Source: Candidatus Omnitrophota bacterium
Lineage (GTDB): Bacteria; Omnitrophota; Gorgyraeia; Duberdicusellales; 4484-171
Length of the DNA: 64,000 nucleotides
NCBI GenBank assembly: GCA_024231025.1
Contig: JAAEQW010000120.1
Coordinates: forward strand, 2,324 to 66,323
Reading direction: 5' to 3'
Shown: piece after piece, positions 18,130 through 25,936 of the stretch
Numbering within the stretch: position 1 is the stretch's first letter
Layout: each line of letters opens with the position of its first letter
The notes under the pieces: generated by a model
The model's database searches: none
The model's input: the letters and a program-made list of their open reading frames with translations, nothing else
What the model was told of the DNA's origin: nothing
Made by a program: the position numbers and the translations under genes

Positions 18130-20481
18130 ATGATTAAAAAAACCTCCACAAGGCTTTTTATTCTACTGTGTTATTTGGGGTGCTGGATTGGCTTTTCTAC
18201 CGCAGCTAAAGAAGCTCCGAGTGAAATTTTCTCTCAAGGAATAGTTAATCTGCAACAAGGAAACTTAAAAAAAGCAAAAAGCCTCTTTGAAAAAGTCACC
18301 AAGCTTGAATTTGGTCACTATCCTTCATATTTCAATATCTCTTTAATATACCTAAATACCGGTGACTACAAAAAATCCATCAAATCTTTAGAAAAAGCCA
18401 AAAAATTTAACCCCTACGACCTACGGGTGGATGCACTTCTTGCAACCAGCTTCATTATGACAAAAAAAACAAAAAACGCTAAAGAGGCGCTATCAACTAT
18501 CATTTCAAAAAAACCTGACGATATAAACTCCCACAAAAAGTTAGGTATTTTGCACTTGCAAGAAGGCAATCTAAAAGAGGCGCTCTCGGAATTTACTACG
18601 ATAAAAAACTTATCCCCCGCAGATCAAGATGTTACCCAACTTTTAGAAACTGCCCAAAACAAGACAAGCAATAAGCTTATTAATTCTTTAAAAAGTAACA
18701 TTGTCACCCGTGAAATAGAATCAATAAAACCGGCAGAAAAATTCGAACTTAGCGAGGTGTCGAAACGAATCGTAAAAAAATTAAAAAAAGAAGAAGAGCA
18801 AACCGCACCCGCACCAACCGTAAAAAAACCAAAAAAGAAACTTCCGTTTAACACAAAAGCGACTTTAACTGAAACTTTCGAGCTCTACGACAGGAGCCCC
18901 CAAGCCAGTAGCCCAATTAATAAATTTCATAGCGCGTCAAATTTGAAATTTCAAGGAAAGATCAAGAAAAAAATAGATTACACCACTCAATTAGAGTGGT
19001 TTTTTAACACTTGGGATCACACAGTTTTAGACTATTATAAGGTGAACTTCAAAGAACGCGATAAATACGAGGTGGACGTCGGTAAATTCTCTGCAAAACA
19101 CTTTCCCAAATTAGTCAGCTACCCTACAGTTAATGACGGATTAAGGATATGGAAGAAATTTAAACGTCCTGATGCTCAAATCAGTGAAACATCCATAACA
19201 GAGACTAGTAATAAACCAATCAATCTAGGTGAACTTTATCGAAAAAATCAAGACTTACGCTGGTTTAAGTCTGCTGAACTTACCTATGTGATCGGGCGCA
19301 CTCTTGCCCCAGTCAATTTAGATCGACGAAAAGAAAAAAATGAAGATACATACGAAACCAGCGGGCAATTTGAGCAATGGACCACAGCTGTGCGTGCTTA
19401 CACAAAAGTTAATTCTTTTTCTGATTTTGGAGTGTCTTTTGCCTTAACCCAAGACAGAGAGCACTCAGCCAATATTAGCTCATCAACTAATCCAATAACT
19501 TCAAAGGCACTTGGCATCGATGGTAATTTTAGCTTGTTAAACGATAAGCTCAGCTTTGACTGGGAAATCGCAAGAAGCGACTATGATGAAAACAGTCTCG
19601 ATCCAACCGATAAACATCTTGAAGATAAAGCTTGGTACGCTAAGTTCACTTATAAGCCACAGAAAGAGTATACTTTCTCCTATGAACATACCGGAGTGGA
19701 AAAAAGTTTTAAAGTAGAAGGAGCTTATCAAACAGAAGATAAACTGAGTCACATTATTAACGCTCAATTTAAGCCATCGGAACCAAAAACTTGGAGCTTA
19801 AAATCGCTCTCATTAAAATTTCAACCTGAAGAAACTAACTTTAGAGGCTATGGAACAAGCAGAAAGAAGTATCGGACCTTTCAACCAGTAGTTGATATCA
19901 AACTTCCTGATGACGCAAAGCTAACTCTGGACTATAAATATTACCGGGAGTATGATAAGTGCGTATGCAGCTCTTATCGCACCCGAAAATTAAAATCAGC
20001 TATTGAATGGGAAGCAAAACCAATAAAAACCACTTTTAAACCATCATATACTTTTGAGCGTAAAGACGACCGCGTTGCTGCTGCTACTGATGAAAACTTA
20101 AAAGAAACCGTCCTGACAATTGAGAATAAATTAATAAAAAACTTAACCGTTAAGGGATCTATTGAGCGCGAAATAAAAACATACGTTGGGGCAACCACTA
20201 AAAGCTACCACCAACATGTTTATAGCGCTGAAGCAAAATATGACATTGTTCCTTCGCGCTTTGACGCAAAATTCAAACTATCGCGAGACAGAAAGGATTC
20301 TTCCGACACAAATGACACCGACATAATTACCCTTACCTGGGAACTTAACTATACGTCTAAGGATCGCGACCATAAGATAGCCTTAAAGATAGAACGCAAA
20401 AATAACACTTACGACCCCTGGTCAGAAACGTCTGCTTACCGGCAGAACTATGCAAAACTGAAGTATACCTATAAGTTCTAA
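18130..20481 (+). CDS. TPR-containing outer-membrane beta-barrel protein
   Basis: Signal peptide; ~4 TPRs (aa ~30-180); linker; ~540 aa of amphipathic beta strands ending in the beta-signal YAKLKYTYKF. Confidence 0.8.
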   Translation: MIKKTSTRLFILLCYLGCWIGFSTAAKEAPSEIFSQGIVNLQQGNLKKAKSLFEKVTKLEFGHYPSYFNISLIYLNTGDYKKSIKSLEKAKKFNPYDLRVDALLATSFIMTKKTKNAKEALSTIISKKPDDINSHKKLGILHLQEGNLKEALSEFTTIKNLSPADQDVTQLLETAQNKTSNKLINSLKSNIVTREIESIKPAEKFELSEVSKRIVKKLKKEEEQTAPAPTVKKPKKKLPFNTKATLTETFELYDRSPQASSPINKFHSASNLKFQGKIKKKIDYTTQLEWFFNTWDHTVLDYYKVNFKERDKYEVDVGKFSAKHFPKLVSYPTVNDGLRIWKKFKRPDAQISETSITETSNKPINLGELYRKNQDLRWFKSAELTYVIGRTLAPVNLDRRKEKNEDTYETSGQFEQWTTAVRAYTKVNSFSDFGVSFALTQDREHSANISSSTNPITSKALGIDGNFSLLNDKLSFDWEIARSDYDENSLDPTDKHLEDKAWYAKFTYKPQKEYTFSYEHTGVEKSFKVEGAYQTEDKLSHIINAQFKPSEPKTWSLKSLSLKFQPEETNFRGYGTSRKKYRTFQPVVDIKLPDDAKLTLDYKYYREYDKCVCSSYRTRKLKSAIEWEAKPIKTTFKPSYTFERKDDRVAAATDENLKETVLTIENKLIKNLTVKGSIEREIKTYVGATTKSYHQHVYSAEAKYDIVPSRFDAKFKLSRDRKDSSDTNDTDIITLTWELNYTSKDRDHKIALKIERKNNTYDPWSETSAYRQNYAKLKYTYKF

Positions 20482-20509
20482 ATTGTCAATCACGCAAATG
20501 GAGGTAATG

Positions 20510-21418
20510 ATGCGATTAATAATGATTATTGTGGTGATTTTTACAGGTTGTTCAACCATTAACCCAAAAATGCTTGTAAACCCCTACGAACCGCTTTATT
20601 ACCGCGGGACCGACAGCTTTGATAACAAAGATTACACAACCGCTATCGAAGCATACTCTCGTTTTCTTGAAAAATGCCCTGATTCCTCTTTTACCATTCC
20701 GGCAAAACTAAATTTAGCAATGGCATATTACCATCAAGAAAAGTGGCAATTGACTCAAAGCACTTTAAAGGACGTAAAAATAACCGATTCCGCTATCAGC
20801 AAATTTGTCAACGATACATTAGCTACTTGCGAAAAAAAACTAAATCCAAATGGCAGCACAACGAGTGAAAAAACAGAAACACAACCACAAGAAGAAGTAG
20901 TAATTACGATTACTGACGCTTACTTAGATAACGCTGACATGCTTAATTTAACCGGAACCGTATCTAGAGAGGGTAAAATTTATATCGGCCAAATAGCAGC
21001 TGATTTTCAAAAAGATAATACGTTCACCATCATTTCGCGTTGGCGCAAGGGCAAGCCGATTATTATATCCTGGCGTAAAGACGGACTCGAGCAAACTCTA
21101 GATTACTATCCCGACAATGAAGAACCGCAAGCCCCTGATGGCCTTTTTCGACGCAATATGAGCGATAATACCGTTGAATTGGAATGGAACGACAATGATG
21201 AGGGCGATATTAAAGGCTACAAATTATACTATCAATTAAGCGGCAGTGGATCACTTCAGGAAGTGCGTGATATAATTGAAGATACAGACTTCGAAGTGGT
21301 TGGTTTGCAAAATTTAATTGATGGCGCAAATAAAACTTTTCGTTTTTACCTTAGAGCCGTAGATAAAATGAATAATTATTCTGATCCGTCAGACACCCTA
21401 GAGGTAACTTTGCCTTAA
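20510..21418 (+). CDS. Lipoprotein with BamD/YfiO-like TPR, Ig-like and FN3 domains
   Basis: Lipobox IFTGC after a hydrophobic stretch; GGAGG RBS; YTTAIEAYSRFLEKCPDS TPR; C-terminal FN3 (VELEWND...GYKLYY...FYLRAVDKMNNYSDPS). Confidence 0.8.
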   Translation: MRLIMIIVVIFTGCSTINPKMLVNPYEPLYYRGTDSFDNKDYTTAIEAYSRFLEKCPDSSFTIPAKLNLAMAYYHQEKWQLTQSTLKDVKITDSAISKFVNDTLATCEKKLNPNGSTTSEKTETQPQEEVVITITDAYLDNADMLNLTGTVSREGKIYIGQIAADFQKDNTFTIISRWRKGKPIIISWRKDGLEQTLDYYPDNEEPQAPDGLFRRNMSDNTVELEWNDNDEGDIKGYKLYYQLSGSGSLQEVRDIIEDTDFEVVGLQNLIDGANKTFRFYLRAVDKMNNYSDPSDTLEVTLP

Positions 21419-21419
21419 A

Positions 21420-24005
21420 ATGAAAAAGATTACCATCTGCATATTAATTAGCTTCCTGGTAGCCTTAATTTTAGGAGGACTGTCAATTTTTGCCCCGTAT
21501 CGCCTAATTGAGTCTAAGCTCTACGATGCACGAATGAATTTACGCCCTGCGCCTACTCAAGATAAAAGAATATTGTTTATCGAAATGGACGAACAAGCAA
21601 TAGATGACCTTGGACGCTGGCCATGGCCCCGAGACATAAATGCCCAATTAATTGAAACCTTAAAATCACTTGGAGCAAGGCAGGTTTTATTTGATGTCAC
21701 TTTTTCAAACACATCGCAGTTAGTTATCGATAAAGAAAAAATGAATGAGGTTTTTAAAGAAAAAAATATAATTTCTGACTTCATAGATCAGGTATCCGAT
21801 GGAATAAAATCAGGTGACATAAAAGAAAGAGAAGATATTTTATGGTATTTAACTCAAATCAACGATGGAATTGATGCCTTCAGAGGCAACCTTACCGACA
21901 GCATGCGCTATGCAATTACTGATAAAGATAAAATTCTCGCCTCAGCGCTTTCCAGCGATGATGTTTTTATTGGATATAAATTTGAAGTCATACACAAACC
22001 TCATGACATAGCAAAAGATGAAACCTACGCAACGCTAAAAAAGGAATTCGAAAACTGGATTATCAATAACCCAACAAAATTCTACCGAGATCTTCCTCAC
22101 CAATACAAAAGCATCTCGTCTTTTAGCGAAGAAGAAAAAAATCTTCTTTTTTTCCAACTTAAAATTCGCACCCTACTTAATGAAAATATACAAAGTAGCG
22201 TTGATCAAATAGCAAAAGCACTGAATAGACCAAAAAAAGAAGTGCGTCCCGAATTTAACAGTATAAAGAAAGATCTAGCGGAAGAAAAAATTATTTCTTT
22301 TTTAGAAGAAAATGCTCAAGCAAAATTCACTCAGGTAATATGGACCAGTCAAATCCATGATCGCCAAACAGCTCTGCTTTTTAAAAAAGCTTGGGCAAAT
22401 GTTAAGAAAAAACAACTTTTTATTGAAAAAATTGGACGCCATATAAAAACCGATCAAAAATTTCTAAAAGCAGTTAAACTCGACGTTCCCATCGCCGAAT
22501 TCACTAAAGCAGTTAACGGAGCGGGATTTCTCAATGGCATTGTCGACGATGATGGCGTACTGCGCAGCGTTCCGCTTTTCATAAAGTACGAAAACAAAAT
22601 ATACCCACATATGGCAATAACATCTGTTATAAATTTGCTTAAACCAAAAGAAATCAGTTTTGTTGGCGGAAAATTTTGCCTACTAAAAGGCATTGTCACC
22701 GAGGGCAAGCAAAAAGACCTGCGCATACCAATAGATGCAAAAGCAACTACCCTTATAAATTGGGTCGGTAAATGGCACGATACATTTAGACATGCTTCTT
22801 GCAGCGATGTTTATCGCCTTTACTCTTTACGGGAAAACGCAAAGCATAATGCCAATATCCCTAAAGAAGAATTAACCGCCGAAGCCTTAGGCGCAATCGC
22901 CAAAGAAAACGAACGCCTAGCTGAAAATGAAAAAAAGTTAACCGATAAGGTTGCTGGTTCAATTTGCATAATTGGCCTTACCGCAGCGGGAACTCATGAC
23001 TATAACCCTATACCGCAGGAATCAGCTTATCCCATGCTAGGCACTCATGCTAACATTATAAATTCGATATTAACCGAACAATTTATCACAAAAGCACCCA
23101 AAATTTATGACCTTGCCGTTACTCTCATTTTAGTAATTCTTCTGGGGGTGGTTTTAACACTGCTATCCTCTACGATTGGATTAATTTTTATAATTGCTGT
23201 AATTGCTGTAATTTTTTATTTATCGCTTTTTTTATTTAACCATGGTATCTGGATAAATTTAACATCTCCGATTTTGCTTTCTCTATTTTCGTATCTTGGA
23301 ATCACTAGCTACAAGTTCGCAACTGAAGAAAAAGAAAAACGCTGGATAAAAAAGGCATTCTCGCATTACGTTTCAAAAGAAGTAATAGAGGAAATCATAA
23401 AGGACCCGTCTAAATTAAAACTTGGTGGCCAGAGAAAGGTGCTAACCGTTCTTTTTAGTGATATAAGAAGTTTCACTACATATTCTGAAAAAAGAAAACC
23501 GGAAGAAGTTGTTACAGTGCTAAATGAATACCTCGACGAAATGACAAAAGTTATATTTGCCAATAGCGGAACGCTTGACAAGTATGTTGGTGATGAAATA
23601 ATGGCACTTTTCGGCGCACCACGCTATGAACCGCCTGATTTAAGCGCCGTGCATGCGGTAAAAACCGCCTGCGCCATGCTTGAAAAATTAGCTCTTCTGC
23701 AGGAAAAATGGAAAGCACAAGGCATAGAACCGCTTGATATCGGAATTGGCATAAACACCGGGGAGATGGTCGTTGGGAATATGGGATCAAGCTTGGTTAT
23801 GGACTACACCGTAATCGGTGATGCCGTAAATTTGGGTGCACGCATTGAAGCTTTAACCCGCCAATACAATAATCATATCATTGTTTCAGAATCTACTTAC
23901 GAGTACATAAAAGACATTGTGGATGCTAAACCGCTAGAAGCAATCAAGGTTAAAGGAAAGAACATTCCCGTTATGATATATCAAGTCAATGGAATGAAGA
24001 CTTAA
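21420..24005 (+). CDS. CHASE2-domain class III adenylate cyclase
   Basis: CHASE2 motifs (GRWPWPR, DDDGVLR, IGLTAAG, GTHANII); 3 TM helices; cyclase motifs SDIRSFT, DKYVGDEIM and YTVIGDAVNLGARIE (K/T pair indicates ATP specificity). Confidence 0.95.
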   Translation: MKKITICILISFLVALILGGLSIFAPYRLIESKLYDARMNLRPAPTQDKRILFIEMDEQAIDDLGRWPWPRDINAQLIETLKSLGARQVLFDVTFSNTSQLVIDKEKMNEVFKEKNIISDFIDQVSDGIKSGDIKEREDILWYLTQINDGIDAFRGNLTDSMRYAITDKDKILASALSSDDVFIGYKFEVIHKPHDIAKDETYATLKKEFENWIINNPTKFYRDLPHQYKSISSFSEEEKNLLFFQLKIRTLLNENIQSSVDQIAKALNRPKKEVRPEFNSIKKDLAEEKIISFLEENAQAKFTQVIWTSQIHDRQTALLFKKAWANVKKKQLFIEKIGRHIKTDQKFLKAVKLDVPIAEFTKAVNGAGFLNGIVDDDGVLRSVPLFIKYENKIYPHMAITSVINLLKPKEISFVGGKFCLLKGIVTEGKQKDLRIPIDAKATTLINWVGKWHDTFRHASCSDVYRLYSLRENAKHNANIPKEELTAEALGAIAKENERLAENEKKLTDKVAGSICIIGLTAAGTHDYNPIPQESAYPMLGTHANIINSILTEQFITKAPKIYDLAVTLILVILLGVVLTLLSSTIGLIFIIAVIAVIFYLSLFLFNHGIWINLTSPILLSLFSYLGITSYKFATEEKEKRWIKKAFSHYVSKEVIEEIIKDPSKLKLGGQRKVLTVLFSDIRSFTTYSEKRKPEEVVTVLNEYLDEMTKVIFANSGTLDKYVGDEIMALFGAPRYEPPDLSAVHAVKTACAMLEKLALLQEKWKAQGIEPLDIGIGINTGEMVVGNMGSSLVMDYTVIGDAVNLGARIEALTRQYNNHIIVSESTYEYIKDIVDAKPLEAIKVKGKNIPVMIYQVNGMKT

Positions 24006-24033
24006 GCTATAGTCCTCAAAGTGCAATCAAAAG

Positions 24034-24148
24034 CTTTTACTTTCTTCTTTATGCGAGGGAAATAGCGATGTTTATATCAGCGCGTAACGTAGGCCTGGAG
24101 CGAAGCCAGGCCAGGTGATTTACCGCAGCAGAAAATAGAGAGTAAAAG
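24034..24148. repeat. Structured intergenic palindrome between convergent genes (REP/MITE-like or terminator)
   Basis: Outer arms CTTTTACT...AGTAAAAG; inner GGCCTGG-AGCGAAG-CCAGGCC hairpin at 24092-24112. Confidence 0.55.
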
Positions 24149-24152
24149 TGTA

Positions 24153-24827
24153 TTAGCAGCCACAATCACCTTTAAAAGTAGGGCTTTTACCGGAAGATAT
24201 CGCATTACCACTTAAATCTTTTACTTCATCCACCTCAACATAACCTTCTTCATCATCATCAAACTCGATCCCAAATTTTAAAATTACTGTGTCCTTGTGA
24301 TATTCTATCGACTCCGGGTGAACTTCCCGCTTATTAGTGATCGCTGTGTAGTTTTCGCAACCTTGCGCACTTTCATCCTCTACTTCTTCGCTAAATTTTA
24401 CTGTGATTAAATTTTTTGCCTCAATCATTATCCCCTCAACAAATGGAGCCAAAACGTCTCGACACACAAAAGAAGCACTCAAATTAGTCGGCGCATTTAC
24501 CCCCTCTATTTCAACAACGAGATTCAAGCCAATTTCCTTTCGACACTTGATAGAAAAAATACCCTTGCCATTTTTAAATTTTAAATTTTTAGGAAAGCTG
24601 CAAGGTTTAGTGTCAGCCTTTGAAGAAAAAGTTACGTTCTTTTTCCCGCTAAACGCAGCATCAACTTCGCCTCGATCATTTAAAGCGTAAGCTAATACAT
24701 TGAGTTCAACACCACAAATAGCTTGGTTTTGTTTTTCTAGAAATAACTGAATGGGTTTAGCTAAAGCTAGCTTAAAAGATAACAAAAATAAAAAAAGAAA
24801 CAGTAGGCACCGTCTATAGGCATGCAT
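24153..24827 (-). CDS. Secreted two-domain Ig-like protein, paralogous to the giant protein's C-terminal module
   Basis: Signal peptide; DVLAPFVE...ITVKFSEEVEDESAQGCENY aligns with DTNPPEVLE...VHVYFDEDIDSDNAQNKDNY of the giant ORF; ends in CGC. Confidence 0.75.
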   Translation of the reverse strand: MHAYRRCLLFLFLFLLSFKLALAKPIQLFLEKQNQAICGVELNVLAYALNDRGEVDAAFSGKKNVTFSSKADTKPCSFPKNLKFKNGKGIFSIKCRKEIGLNLVVEIEGVNAPTNLSASFVCRDVLAPFVEGIMIEAKNLITVKFSEEVEDESAQGCENYTAITNKREVHPESIEYHKDTVILKFGIEFDDDEEGYVEVDEVKDLSGNAISSGKSPTFKGDCGC

Positions 24828-24832
24828 CTGGC

Positions 24833-25273
24833 TTAAAAAACGAGTCCGCCCCCGGGATTATTTTTTCTGCGCAAGCGACGTGACATTTCAGTCATCATTT
24901 GATAAAGAATCTTTGCAACAATATGCGCAGACTTAGTAAAAAGTTTGTTAAAATCCTGCCTGTTTATCTCCAGAAGAATAGTGTTCTCTGTAGCAATAAT
25001 TGAGGCAGTTCTAACAGCATAATCAAAAAGAGCAACCTCACCAAAAAAATCACCCCCTGCCAACTGTATTATTTCTTCTGCGTTTTTAACAACTTTTACG
25101 GCACCGCTTTTTATGATGTACATGCTCTCGCCCTTGGACCCTTCGGAAAATACTGTCATATCTGGAAGATATATTTTTTTAGTAAAAATCGGCACTAACT
25201 CTTCCAACTCGTCAGGATGTAGCAATTGAAAAACGAACAATCCTTGCAGATCAGCTGAATTTAGTTCTTCCAT
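24833..25273 (-). CDS. Stand-alone cyclic nucleotide-binding domain protein
   Basis: VFSEGSKGESMYIIKSGAVKV and GDFFGEVALFDYAVRTAS phosphate-binding cassette; no HTH. Confidence 0.92.
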   Translation of the reverse strand: MEELNSADLQGLFVFQLLHPDELEELVPIFTKKIYLPDMTVFSEGSKGESMYIIKSGAVKVVKNAEEIIQLAGGDFFGEVALFDYAVRTASIIATENTILLEINRQDFNKLFTKSAHIVAKILYQMMTEMSRRLRRKNNPGGGLVF

Positions 25274-25372
25274 AAATTATCCTCCAATAAAATTGTAGCT
25301 ATTTAGGGTAATTCCCTAAATTTTATTGGCACTGAGAGTTCCGTCTCGAAGTGCCTAGCACATTAGACATTG

Positions 25373-25397
25373 CCTGCCCGCCGTATTGGCAGGCGGG
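25373..25397. repeat. Short GC-rich imperfect palindrome (REP-like) within a heptamer run
   Basis: CCTGCCCGCC-GTATT-GGCAGGCGGG flanked by gcacatt/agacatt and tatctt/gtatctt units. Confidence 0.55.
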
Positions 25398-25443
25398 TAT
25401 CTTGTATCTTGATAATTATTTCTTTTTACAAGATTTAATAACT

Positions 25444-25896
25444 TTATATAAACAAATTGTCATTTTCAATATTCATACGCCGAATACGCTTACTCATATC
25501 CTGAATAACCTTATATAAGACCTTAACCCCCAGGCGCGGATGCTCTGAAACAAGTGCGCCAAAATCATCACGGATTATTTCAAAAAGCAAACATTCCTCA
25601 ACCGCAACCGCTGAAGCCGTACGCGGCACACGATCAAAAAGAGCAATTTCACCGAAAAAATCACCAGAATAAAGAGCGATGACCTCTCTCGTTTCCGTCT
25701 TAACCTTTCGAGTTATCCTGACCGTTCCTGAATCGATCAAAAACATCCCATTACTTGTTTCATTTTCCGAAAAAATTACGTCTCCAGCACTGAAACGTTT
25801 TTCTTTACAGATTGAAGCAACATTGTCGAGCTCATCTTCGGTTAAGAATTTAAACAAGAATACGCCCTTTAATCTTTCTAATTTGTCAGTAGTCAT
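25444..25896 (-). CDS. Stand-alone cyclic nucleotide-binding domain protein (paralog of 24833-25273)
   Basis: GDVIFSENETSNGMFLIDSGTVRI and GDFFGEIALFDRVPRTAS; no HTH. Confidence 0.92.
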   Translation of the reverse strand: MTTDKLERLKGVFLFKFLTEDELDNVASICKEKRFSAGDVIFSENETSNGMFLIDSGTVRITRKVKTETREVIALYSGDFFGEIALFDRVPRTASAVAVEECLLFEIIRDDFGALVSEHPRLGVKVLYKVIQDMSKRIRRMNIENDNLFI

Positions 25897-25936
25897 AAGT
25901 TAATTGTATTATTTTCTGCTCGTTATGTCTATACCC

